A stretch of DNA of 36,975 nt from a virus. Taxonomy: Duplodnaviria; Caudoviricetes. The stretch lies in the IMG/VR virus record IMGVR_UViG_3300009506_000107, positions 1 through 36,975 of that record. One strand, written 5' to 3'. A program made the translations under genes and the position numbers. This document shows positions 25,601-33,512 of the stretch, in pieces (within the stretch, counting starts at the first letter, position 1; every line of letters starts with the position of its first letter). Under the pieces are notes generated by a model. The model saw only the letters and a program-made list of their open reading frames with translations, did no database searches and had not been told where the DNA came from.

Positions 25601-28600
25601 CAGGTCAAGTCTGCAATTGCAAATGTGGGGACGTATGATCCTGCGGATCCGCGTATCCTGTATCAAATGCCGGGGGAGCGGGGGGAGCGGGCAATAGTTA
25701 ACTGGTATAGTAAGGCGCAAAAGGTGGTGGAGCAAAAGATGCCGGCGCGGGCGTCGGTGGAGCAGGTGCGCAATATCTTGACTAAGGGTGGGATAAAGAA
25801 GGATGAATTGGAGTGGAGCGGGGTTTTGCGGTGGTTGGAGGAGGCGGACAGGGCGGGTGTTAAGTCGTTGGAGCGGGATGCGGTGGTGGGGTTCTTGCAG
25901 GAGCATCAGGTGCGGGTGCGGGAAGTGGTGCGGGAGCAACCGGTGGACCGTTTGGCGGAGTTGCGAGATGCGATGCGGGCGTTGGAGCAGGAGCGGCAGG
26001 CGTTGCCGGAGGTGGGGCGGACGGCGGAGGAGTGGGAGCGGGTGCGGGAGATTGATAGGCAATCTGAGTTGGCGATGGATGAGTTGGGGGAGTTGGGGGC
26101 TAAGGGTTATGCGTGGCGCTATGATGATCCGGATCGGTTAGACTTTTATACTCCGGAGGGACGGATAACGGTGCGGCATAACTGGTATCAGGATGATCTT
26201 GAGGAGGTGCCGTATCTGATTGAGTTTCCGGATGGGAGTACGCGGGAAGCAAGGTCAATGCAGGAGGTGATGGATACGGCGCGGAGTAGGGCGATGCAAC
26301 CGCCGCGATATGAGCGGTATACGGAACCTGGGGGGGAGCAGTATCGGGAGCTGTTGCTGCAAATGCCTTATGAGACGCGGCAGGATTTGGAGTGGGCGTT
26401 GGTGCGGAGGATGGAGGAGCGGGGAGCGACGGAGGCGGAAGTGGCGGCGGTGGAGGCGAATTTGGGTGTAAGGGGGGCGATGGGTGATGAGGCGTTTGCG
26501 TTGGCAAATAAGTACGCGCCGGAGGAGTTGTTTCATTGGTATTCGGCAAGGCAGGCGGGGGGCAGGCGTCCGTATAAGTCTCCTCATTGGGAGGAGCCTA
26601 ATGTGCTGGCTCATGTGAGATTCAAGGATAGGGTGGGGGAGGATGGTGCAAGGGTTCTCTTTATAGAGGAGATTCAGTCGGACTGGCACCAAGCCGGCAG
26701 GGAAAAGGGGTATTATAATCAGGAGCGTATTGACGAATTGACGGCGCAGCGGGCAGCGGGGAATAGGGAGTATGCTCGGTTGGATGATTTACGGCGGGAT
26801 GCTTTGGGGGCGGAGCGGCAGCGGTTGTATGAGCAGCAAATGGAGTTGCAGGAGCAGGGGCGGTTGTGGATGGAGGAGATGACTAAGGCTCGGGCGGGGG
26901 TTCCTCAAGCGCCGTTCGCAAAGTCTTGGGATGAGTTGGCGTTGAAACGGATGCTCAAGTGGGCGGTGGATAACGGGTATGATCGTATAGCCTGGACAAC
27001 GGGGGCGCAGCAGGCAAAGCGGTACAATCTCGGGCAGTTTGTGGATGAATTGGAGTGGAGGCGGTTTGATTATAAGGAGATAGTGCCGGGTGGAAGTTGG
27101 GGTGATTTGAGTGATGTGGAGCGGGCGGAGATTTTGGAGTCGGGGGATTACATTGATCATTGGATCCAAAGTCCAGAGGATGCGATGCAGAGGGGTTTTG
27201 TGACGCGGGAGGAGGAGCCGCGTTGGGAGCTATCGGGCAGGCAGGGGGAGGGTACTGTTTTTTACCGTGAGGTGTTTGGGGAGGAGCAGTTGCGGGAGTT
27301 GGTGGGGCGGGATTTGGCGCAGCGTATGAGTGTTGAGGATAAAATAGGGGATGTGATTACGGGGGAGGCGTTGCAGATTGGTGGGCGGGGTATGTCGGAG
27401 TTCTATGATCGGATCCTCCCCTATTCGATGAATAAGGTGGGCAAGCGGTTTGGGTTGAAAACAGGGCGGGGGACTGTGGGGATGGGGGAGGCGTTTGAGC
27501 CGGGGTGGGATGTTGTGTTTGCTCCGGGTGGGTGGACTATTACGAATCCGGCAGGGGAGGCGGTGCAAACGGGGTTTACTTCTCGGGTAGAGGCGTATGA
27601 TGTGGCGCGTAAGCTGTGGAGTCCAGAGCAGAGCGCAGAAGTGTGGACGGTCGATCTTACGGAGGCGGCGCGGCAGAAGGTGGCGAGTGAGGGATTGAGT
27701 CTCTTTCAAGGGGAGGGGGGCAAGGCTGCGGTTGAGTTCTTGGATGATGGGCGGGCAATCCTGCGGGCGTTGGAGCAACCGGATATATCATCGGTGGCGC
27801 ATGAGCTGGGGCATGTTTTCCGGCGGGAGCTGGGTGCGGAGGACTTGGATATAGTTGAGCGGTGGGCTAAGGTGGTGGATGGCGAGTGGACAACGGCGGC
27901 GGAGGAGCGGTTTGCGCGGGGTTTTGAGCGGTATCTGGCGGAGGGTGTGGCGCCGGTTGAAGGCTTGGCGGAGGTGTTTGAGCGGTTCAAGGCGTGGCTT
28001 TTGCAGATTTACCGGCAGATTCGTGGAAGTGATATTGATGTAAAGATGACGGATGAGGTTCGGGGGGTGTTCGATAGGCTCTTGACGGAGCAACCTGCGG
28101 ATCCGTTCGATCTTGCGTTGGAGGCGATGCGTCCGGACGGTGGAGCGGTGCATGCGCATCCCCGGACGTTGGAGGAGGCGGCGGAGTGGAACGGGTATAA
28201 CCCTGCGGAGATGACGCCGGAGGAGTGGGGGGAGCTATCGCAGGAGTTGCAGAGGGAGCGGGATGCTGCGGATTATCTGAGCAGGCCGGAGAATTTAACG
28301 GAGATGGCGTATCGGGCCTCCCATAAGGGCGGGGAGGGATATGTGGAAGTAGGCGGGTATACTCGGGAGGTGAAGCGCAAGCGGAGTATGAGTGCTAAGG
28401 CGGAGGCGGAGTATAGGCGGGGATTGATGGGCGCGTTGGCGGACAATCCGAAGGAGTTTTACCGGCGGCAGGGGGAGGTGGCGCAGTGGTATCATGATCT
28501 TGCGGCGGATGCTGCGGCGCGGGCGGTGGGCGATACGCCGGCGGGCAGGGTGGCGCCGGAGTTTCTAGCTGCCGATGATATGTTGTCTCAGTGGAAGCTA

Positions 28601-31507
28601 GATCAGGCGGCGTTACAGGTGGAGGAGTTGCGCCGGCAGGTGGTGGATTTGCGGGGTAGGGTGGGGGCGGAGGTGGGCGGTGTGTCAAGGTATCAGGTGC
28701 GCAAGGCGCAGGGGCAGCTCAAAAGGGCGGAGGAGACGTTGCGGCAGTATATGGCGGCGGGGCAGGGGCGGTTGGATTTGCGGCAGGCGCAGGGTGTGAT
28801 GGCCGGTGGGCAGGCTGTGGGGCGGTCGGTAGTAGAGGAGATTGGTGCGGTGCGCGGGCGGGAGGGGGTTGCGGAGGCGCCGGCGTTGTGGGATTTGGTG
28901 CGGAGTGTGGAGCCTCAGCAGTTGGCGGCGTTGGATGCGATGGAGCAGGGGGTGATGGGGGATTGGGACCGGTGGGCAGGCCGGCAGGCGGATGCGCTGA
29001 CGCAGCAGGCGGTGGAGGGATGGGTGGATAATGCGGTGATTCCTGCGTTTCGGGATGCGCGGGCGGTTGGTGTGAAGGCTGCGGAGGACTTGGCGAATTT
29101 TGCCTTACTGAACTATTCGGAGCGCAATCGGCTGGATGAGCTGATTCAGCTTGTGTATCCTTACGCTTATTGGTATACTAGATCGGGGATGAATTGGGCG
29201 CGGCGGTTGGCGCAGGATCCTCAGCGGTTGATGTGGTATATGAGGTATCAACAAATGATGGCTCAGATACATGAGCAACGGGGGCTGCGGGAGCGGTTCA
29301 AGGGGCGTTGGCGTATCCCTATTCCGGAGGGGATGGCGCCGGAGTGGATGGAGCCAAGTGTGTATGTGGATCCTACGTCCGTCCTGTTCCCTTTCAATCC
29401 GTTTACGCGGCTGGATTGGGATAGGGATGAGGATGCGGAGAAGGGGTTGGCGGCGTTTTATCAGACGTTGCAGAGCGGGGGGTTTCGGGCGTATCCCTAT
29501 ATCGAGATTCCTATGCAGTTGGCGGGGTTGTTGGGTGAATCTCCGGAGGAGGTGGGGGATATTCTGCCTCAGACGGGGTTGCTCCGGGGTGTGTCGGCTA
29601 TGATGGGGGCGGGTCCGGCGGGTGGGTATGAGTTGGAGGCGCCGTTGCGGAGAGCTGCCGGCCTGCAGGAGCAAGGTCCGTGGGATCCGTATCGGGTGAT
29701 GCGCATGTTGTCCAGTTTGGCGGCGCAGGATCCGGAGCGGTGGCAGGTGGCGTTGGATGCTCAGGAGTTGCAGCGGCGGGTGGTGGAGGGGGAGTTGGAG
29801 CTGCGGGAGGCGACGGGGGAGGCTCCTCCGGGGATTGCGTTGGGTGCGGTGATGCAGGAGCATGGGTGGGATGAGCAGCGGTTGGTGGATGCGCAGGGGT
29901 TGTTACAGGAGGCGATGCGGGCGGCGGCGCAGGAGCGGGGGATAGGGACGGCGGCAAGTTTCTTTGGTGTGCCGTTGTCTGTGGTGGCAAAGGGGGAGCG
30001 GGAGCAGTTGGCGTTGCAGGAGCAGGGGCAGGCGTTGGGGTGGACGCCGGAGACGCCGGAGGGGACTCGGGCGGAGTATCAGGAGTTTCGTGCGCAGCAT
30101 CCGGAGGTGGCGTCAAGGGCGATGGGGTATCAGGTTGTGCCGGGGGAGCGGGAGTCTCAGTGGCTTACTCCGGGTGTCTATGCTAACTTGATTCAGCAGC
30201 AGCAGGGGAGGGATGAGATTCAAGGGAGGTTTGATGATGAGATAGATGCTTTGATTCGGGAGAATCCTGCGGCGCGTTGGGAGGTGGGGCAGTTGCAGGA
30301 TGCGCGGCAGGAGGAGTTGGAGGCGATGGAGGCGGAGTGGCCGGTGCCGGAGTCGGAGGGGGAGTATCCGGTGGCGCGGTATGGGCAGAGTCCGGAGGAG
30401 TATGCGCGGGCGGTCTTGGATGATAAGTTGTATGAGCTGAAAGATAGTCTGCCGGCGTATGGCGATTATGAGGATGCGGGGGAGTGGCGGGCGGAGTATA
30501 ATGCGGCGTTGGCTGCGCTGCCTCAGAGCGTTCCTGAGTTGGAGATGGCGCAAAAGGCGGGTGCAACGTCTGCTCATTCTCTCAGGGAGGCGCTAGAGGC
30601 CTGGATGCGGCGCTATGATAGTCCGTTGGAGGCGATGCAGCGGGCGTATATGGATGAGGTGTATGGTCGGGCGATTGAGGAGCGGGAGGCGTTGGTGGCT
30701 GCGGGGATGGATAAGAGTAAGGCATGGGATAGGACGGTGGGGGCGATTGGTCCTATGTCTGCGGCGGAGTTGGTGCCGGCGGTGATGAGACGCAATCCAG
30801 ATCGGGGATGGACGGTGGAGCAGTTGGTGCAGGAGTATCAGGGGGTGGAGCTGCCGTCTGCGGAGGAGATGGGCAACGGCGGGCAGGATCCGGAGACGCG
30901 GGCGTTTTGGGCGTTGATAGACCGTATCCCTTGGACGGCGGAGGTTAGGCAGGAGCCGTTGGTGGCTATGATGTTGGAGGCGGAGGCGCGGGCGACGGTG
31001 ACGCCGGAGCAGGTGGCGGCAGCTCGGAAGTCATTGGATGAGTGGTTGGCGGCGAATCCGGATGCGCAGCAGGCGGTGATGGAGGCGGAGGAGTTTGAGC
31101 GGTTGCGGGAGGAGCGGTGGCCGGGGATTCGGGATGTAGAGAGTGGATATTTTGATGTGGTGAAGGGCGAACGATCGAGCTATTTGGAGCAGCATCCTGA
31201 GTTGCGGGAGTATTGGGATTGGAAGGATGAGTATAAGTTGGAGCATCCGGTGTATACAAAGTTCTACGATCCGGATTTTGATGCGGAGTTGGTCAAGGGA
31301 TACGGGCGGCGCAAAGCGGAGGCGGAGCGGGAGCCTTCGGGCGATGGGACGCCGGCGGTATCGAGTACGCGCAAGTGGACTCTTGGCAAGCCGTGGTGGG
31401 AGGAGCGGCAGTATTCGGGCAGGAGCTATGGTGGCTCCCGTTATTGGCGTCCGTCTGGTGGGGGAGGGTATACGCCGCGGCGTCCGGTGATTCGGGTAGG
31501 ACTATAA
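19637..31507 (+). CDS. Giant polyvalent internal virion/ejection protein (3956 aa) with two ART-PolyVal-like domains, an EEIQSDWHQ domain and a HExxH zincin-like domain
   Basis: Uninterrupted 11.9-kb ORF. Two copies of F..WF..S...D..G.P.VLYHGT...GYDG...FEPEQVKSAIAN.G.Y.PADP.IL.Q (23765-24481 and 24495-25666), HW.EPNVLAHVRF.DR...LFIEEIQSDWHQ (~26666), and HELGH (27800) followed by EERFARGFERYL.EG.AP. Confidence 0.85.
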   Translation: MASLWGTRGGLGALFAPPEEQEEREPWRPFGRPWWTELNEGDWRAELPAWLQGVGDWAYLTTQDIGEQVGRWWEKPVEREARPAIEKAEAVQGAGDLLSGLEQGYQSWVESWYPEWLSQLVTRQEEAVAPYWDIGDLEEQSREAASTALAEANYLTRQWEERAGRETVPGALLTGAEQVGGGVLGVLEQVGKVPKRIYGGAVTAAHPEADEMEVEEWYPLSMIASSLGYRQLTDRNIWQESILDPESVMGQALQRVKGGEAAEAVAAELELPMVEMAVEAATDPLNFIEFVAPGHVRRLAGAISGAEAEVGAGSARMVSRLDRVLDVSRQADRATRPAQDVGRVEQLVGKWDDFKKLINPFEFTAESKANLANAETFEIVSNLLADADTAEEAATRLTFFRTNPGEAAKVYGRVLDSAAGRRTAATLRDLDLDAVEWLAPGRQFSPAAVAMELHDMARPVLEARYGVQPATGYRKFAKGFKSFMSQFYMNLNPGYAIRNALNNAVTLAWDGLGGLDRPEDLQRYLDEVAVLPARLQMNRGGAVAELAGDYQLPGVLGKLSERGGRLARESMIGEEAFYKRGFGNALRKTLGEVWHSGRRVPAPPAEVYQALGPEGVADLVAAVASGRNEQQIIERAMRAVNPQGPGDIVGFVLRYVPDEVLEAVTPGMVLELEQRVMAAGSREEAAAAFADMRRQVMQYGDAVLRRELLDPARARFSEAEDAETLAGLVDSLVEDARLFGVTDETALEYIRQLEMRWAQREQEVEAAATMLVEEAGAVREAAAQGGKPEVGRAAAEVCYGANRRVADLMEDTRRVVDTARREAWAAVEANPGAADKIWSKYFDLADRAWEQNFTDRIAVITDGRGDLERLAAGVDPADVVPASVRDMVEDRIRRQVDLEARAGRELEGETGFDLKLDTLRAQVDQAEEGAWSAAFASPDRDALDVLEDADRYVQAVARKWRAEREALRNELLNDLGRVGYKRKGMTKEQIAEVGRKRAKVRLEYGTKQDQLAEMRFGQQRRRWQIAEEELRYKLAGGGVPPSERPEIVAPEVFRRVAPPEGMDPLDAAMWEVNQIQDEIAQVRRDMQRGARPWDAQVLGRLQEEANTAAARGYVESRRALGELAEAEAVKVRRLGKDEEGAWALDYWRGDEVIGTERFDRWQDLQQRREMFEQAVPSEAAMRRAQGQKRVVEEGPTRFERMRGTRGEIEEARRWAADAVEQGATGARVQWDRQVKEWAVEFVDDSDPDALRVVSKYILGRDKSRAERAANLGKDVIEARAAGFEAVRQWPERYTRERFAGDLRDVFGLKDDEARAVEAIAEARAKAWAAATGRDPAEWYGERLAGMVKGGEPGAAYLQRGLQLELPGFGVVDEVMAEGTPAFRTWFKDSAAVDESGSPIVLYHGTEAPEEFAVFQAGPPLDEATGYERVSTSGDPTAYMGAHFAEEPEVAGLFAGVGARPRWLTGRAVEESGMGGRVYPVYLSVQNPAVYEREDELIDWILSLDMESSYEVEWAAQAYEGGVDAFWNEYQYRDFRRTVHEEILQESAGREDPGAFAQELGDAAQAELVEQGYDGVKYGNQVEGGTSWIAFEPEQVKSAIANAGSYNPADPNILFQLAGREDSDAFRRWFQQSAASDGWGEPLVLYHGTPRTFEQFDPLRANPESHWGAGIYLSDSPEDVATNYAGMGPDLTNRIEYQADRISSEFDYDPEPYLETLAELRGTDVDELEDLYEAGALELAEGEAQAIAKAQLMEHGGATMPVYASLQRPFVADPYGGGTRLSMEWRADLDDLAYEIGYRGVEELDRDELAEALADIRGGDEDEIWQALLDEEITLTDAEAQALAESGRFDGAFDEYVESNPVLVDDTGREMDLQEALEEAAHFRNINLEDIVEGDWPTAERVMAELQEALGFEFYNVSAEQFREAVAGLDSIQYLAGIVDGEHRLLSHQFVNEIVRALGYDGIVMDAGRAFPRMEEVEGVTHYILFEPEQVKSAIANVGTYDPADPRILYQMPGERGERAIVNWYSKAQKVVEQKMPARASVEQVRNILTKGGIKKDELEWSGVLRWLEEADRAGVKSLERDAVVGFLQEHQVRVREVVREQPVDRLAELRDAMRALEQERQALPEVGRTAEEWERVREIDRQSELAMDELGELGAKGYAWRYDDPDRLDFYTPEGRITVRHNWYQDDLEEVPYLIEFPDGSTREARSMQEVMDTARSRAMQPPRYERYTEPGGEQYRELLLQMPYETRQDLEWALVRRMEERGATEAEVAAVEANLGVRGAMGDEAFALANKYAPEELFHWYSARQAGGRRPYKSPHWEEPNVLAHVRFKDRVGEDGARVLFIEEIQSDWHQAGREKGYYNQERIDELTAQRAAGNREYARLDDLRRDALGAERQRLYEQQMELQEQGRLWMEEMTKARAGVPQAPFAKSWDELALKRMLKWAVDNGYDRIAWTTGAQQAKRYNLGQFVDELEWRRFDYKEIVPGGSWGDLSDVERAEILESGDYIDHWIQSPEDAMQRGFVTREEEPRWELSGRQGEGTVFYREVFGEEQLRELVGRDLAQRMSVEDKIGDVITGEALQIGGRGMSEFYDRILPYSMNKVGKRFGLKTGRGTVGMGEAFEPGWDVVFAPGGWTITNPAGEAVQTGFTSRVEAYDVARKLWSPEQSAEVWTVDLTEAARQKVASEGLSLFQGEGGKAAVEFLDDGRAILRALEQPDISSVAHELGHVFRRELGAEDLDIVERWAKVVDGEWTTAAEERFARGFERYLAEGVAPVEGLAEVFERFKAWLLQIYRQIRGSDIDVKMTDEVRGVFDRLLTEQPADPFDLALEAMRPDGGAVHAHPRTLEEAAEWNGYNPAEMTPEEWGELSQELQRERDAADYLSRPENLTEMAYRASHKGGEGYVEVGGYTREVKRKRSMSAKAEAEYRRGLMGALADNPKEFYRRQGEVAQWYHDLAADAAARAVGDTPAGRVAPEFLAADDMLSQWKLDQAALQVEELRRQVVDLRGRVGAEVGGVSRYQVRKAQGQLKRAEETLRQYMAAGQGRLDLRQAQGVMAGGQAVGRSVVEEIGAVRGREGVAEAPALWDLVRSVEPQQLAALDAMEQGVMGDWDRWAGRQADALTQQAVEGWVDNAVIPAFRDARAVGVKAAEDLANFALLNYSERNRLDELIQLVYPYAYWYTRSGMNWARRLAQDPQRLMWYMRYQQMMAQIHEQRGLRERFKGRWRIPIPEGMAPEWMEPSVYVDPTSVLFPFNPFTRLDWDRDEDAEKGLAAFYQTLQSGGFRAYPYIEIPMQLAGLLGESPEEVGDILPQTGLLRGVSAMMGAGPAGGYELEAPLRRAAGLQEQGPWDPYRVMRMLSSLAAQDPERWQVALDAQELQRRVVEGELELREATGEAPPGIALGAVMQEHGWDEQRLVDAQGLLQEAMRAAAQERGIGTAASFFGVPLSVVAKGEREQLALQEQGQALGWTPETPEGTRAEYQEFRAQHPEVASRAMGYQVVPGERESQWLTPGVYANLIQQQQGRDEIQGRFDDEIDALIRENPAARWEVGQLQDARQEELEAMEAEWPVPESEGEYPVARYGQSPEEYARAVLDDKLYELKDSLPAYGDYEDAGEWRAEYNAALAALPQSVPELEMAQKAGATSAHSLREALEAWMRRYDSPLEAMQRAYMDEVYGRAIEEREALVAAGMDKSKAWDRTVGAIGPMSAAELVPAVMRRNPDRGWTVEQLVQEYQGVELPSAEEMGNGGQDPETRAFWALIDRIPWTAEVRQEPLVAMMLEAEARATVTPEQVAAARKSLDEWLAANPDAQQAVMEAEEFERLREERWPGIRDVESGYFDVVKGERSSYLEQHPELREYWDWKDEYKLEHPVYTKFYDPDFDAELVKGYGRRKAEAEREPSGDGTPAVSSTRKWTLGKPWWEERQYSGRSYGGSRYWRPSGGGGYTPRRPVIRVGL

Positions 31508-31522
31508 TACAGGAGGGGTAAG

Positions 31523-32158
31523 ATGCTGATTTTGGATGAGGCAGGGGTGGAGCGTGATATGGGATGGCTGATTGCCAACTTCGGGCCGGTGGTGTTTCAA
31601 GACAAGTTGCCTGGGCCGGGGTTTGTGGTGACTAAGGTACAGGCGCAGGTGGGTCCGTGCGCAATCATCTGCAGGGTGCTGGATCCTTACGGCGATCCGA
31701 TGGTAGGGGTGAAAATGGGTTGGTATTGGGCGGATGCGGATGAGGCGCCGGGGTGCAATCCTGTGGCCGGGGTGCCGGCGGGGATGCTGCCGGACATTTG
31801 CGATCTGCCGATGGGTGTTACAAACGCGGAGGGTATATGGGGCGGGGCGATGGGCGGTGGGGCGGCGTATCAGCCTCCCGCTATTGATGGACATGCGGTG
31901 TGGGTGGGGCATGGGATCAATAGTGCGCTGGTATGGGGGCTGGGCTGGATTCGTCTGACGGATCATCGCCATTTGAATGTGGAGTTTCGGTTGGTGGAGG
32001 ATGGCGGTGGGGGGGGCGAGTGTCCAGTGGAGCAGGTATTGGCGTTGGTGGCGAGTGCGGAGGAGTTGATGGTGACGGTGCGGGCGCAGGCGGTGGCGGC
32101 GGATGCAGCGATGAGCGGGATTCTGGCGGAGATTCGTGGGTTAATGGAGGAGGTTTGA
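31523..32158 (+). CDS. Hypothetical protein upstream of the holin-like gene (211 aa)
   Basis: SD aggagggg. Beta-rich core (RVLDPYGDPMVGVKMGWYW...TNAEG, prealbumin/Ig-like), Gly linker and C-terminal amphipathic helix. Confidence 0.65.
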   Translation: MLILDEAGVERDMGWLIANFGPVVFQDKLPGPGFVVTKVQAQVGPCAIICRVLDPYGDPMVGVKMGWYWADADEAPGCNPVAGVPAGMLPDICDLPMGVTNAEGIWGGAMGGGAAYQPPAIDGHAVWVGHGINSALVWGLGWIRLTDHRHLNVEFRLVEDGGGGGECPVEQVLALVASAEELMVTVRAQAVAADAAMSGILAEIRGLMEEV

Positions 32159-32160
32159 CG

Positions 32161-32364
32161 GTGGGTGAAAGTAGGCGGCGGGAGATGGTGACGTTTCAGC
32201 TCATAGAGATGAGCGATGAGAGTTGGTGGGGGTATGCGTTGCAGGAGGTTGGTATGCAGATTGAGCCGATGACGGCGGCAGGTATGGGACGGTCGCGGCG
32301 GGAGGCGTTGTTGGCTGCGGCTGCGGCGTGGGTGGATATGGTGGAGGCAGCAGGGGATGGATAA
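32161..32364 (+). CDS. Small protein resembling a HicB N-terminal domain (67 aa)
   Basis: SD ggaggagg before GTG 32161. The pattern strand-D..WWGY-strand-G.GRSRREAL..A..A resembles the HicB G.T.EEA motif. Confidence 0.45.
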   Translation: MGESRRREMVTFQLIEMSDESWWGYALQEVGMQIEPMTAAGMGRSRREALLAAAAAWVDMVEAAGDG

Positions 32365-32701
32365 GTTTGGTTCTGCTCGGGAGTTGGTGGCGTGGTTGTT
32401 GACGCCGGCAGGGTTGGGGGTGGCGGTGGTGGTGGTGGTGCAGCAGATACGCAGGTTTGCAAAGCGGTATGAGGGTGCGGTGGGCTGGGCTTGGATTGGG
32501 GCGCATCTGTGGTTGGTGTCGGTGATCGTCTCCGTGGTCCTGGCTCTTGGCGCGTTTCTGGTGCAGCGGTATGGGTGGGACCGGTATATGGAGGAGTGGT
32601 GGCCGGTGGTGGTGTTGGTGATGGGTTCGGTGACGTGGGGGACAAGTCAGGCGGCGTATAATACCTATAAGGCGGGCAAGCGGGAGGATGGTGTGGAATG
32701 A
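32357..32701 (+). CDS. Holin-like membrane protein with 3 TM segments (114 aa)
   Basis: Three hydrophobic stretches and a charged C-terminus (KAGKREDGVE). Confidence 0.6.
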   Translation: MDKFGSARELVAWLLTPAGLGVAVVVVVQQIRRFAKRYEGAVGWAWIGAHLWLVSVIVSVVLALGAFLVQRYGWDRYMEEWWPVVVLVMGSVTWGTSQAAYNTYKAGKREDGVE

Positions 32702-33465
32702 GTGAGGAAAGAACTATGCCGGTTGGCGAGATAGCGAACGTCATAGGAGCAGCGGGAGGGGCAGGCGCAGGGGCGCCGGCGTCCGGTGCCGGGACGGAGC
32801 TTGAGACGCGCAAGGCAGCTCCGGGGGAGCAGGAGTCTCCTTTGGAGGGAGGAGCAGGGGCAGGGTCAACGCCGGGGGCGCCGGATGGTGGGCAGGCTTC
32901 GCAGGAGGCTGTGTCTCCGGAAGCGATGAAAGTTGCAGCGGAGACGCGGCGCCGGCTGGATGAGATTGCGTCAAAAGAGACGCAGTTGAAGTTGCAGGAG
33001 ATGCAGGCGGCGATCCGGGCGGAGCGGGATCCTGCAAGGCAGCGGCAGTTGGCGGCGCAGTATGAGGCGCATCTTATGCTGCAAACGGATGCTTACATGA
33101 CTCGCTTTGCGCGGCAGCATGGGATTGAGCCGGGGGATCCGCTGACGCGGGTAGAGGGTGCGTCGGGGGATTCTCGGGTCAATTGGAACGCAGGGAGTCA
33201 AGCGGAGTTTGAGGCGAGTGTGCTTGCGGCTGCGAATGAGGATGCTGCGGGCCGGATTGCGGAGCTGGAAAAGAGGGCAAAGCGGGTAGAGGCGTTGGAG
33301 GCAGATTTGCCCAACTTGGTCAAAAGTATCTTGGCAAATGAGGGGGCAAGCGGACGCCATACGGATCCGGGTGATGGAGGGGCGCCGTCCGGTGTGAAGG
33401 ACTGGACAACGGCAACTCCGGAGCAGGTGCAACGTATGCGGGAGGAGTTGCGCCGGCGGAGGTAG
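32698..33465 (+). CDS. Capsid scaffolding protein candidate (255 aa)
   Basis: Disordered acidic N-terminus, coiled-coil middle and short C-terminal helix, directly upstream of the major capsid gene. Confidence 0.7.
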   Translation: MSEERTMPVGEIANVIGAAGGAGAGAPASGAGTELETRKAAPGEQESPLEGGAGAGSTPGAPDGGQASQEAVSPEAMKVAAETRRRLDEIASKETQLKLQEMQAAIRAERDPARQRQLAAQYEAHLMLQTDAYMTRFARQHGIEPGDPLTRVEGASGDSRVNWNAGSQAEFEASVLAAANEDAAGRIAELEKRAKRVEALEADLPNLVKSILANEGASGRHTDPGDGGAPSGVKDWTTATPEQVQRMREELRRRR

Positions 33466-33512
33466 GGCGGCGGGTTGGTGTGTGGTTGCCTGACGAATCT
33501 TAGGAGGATTCG

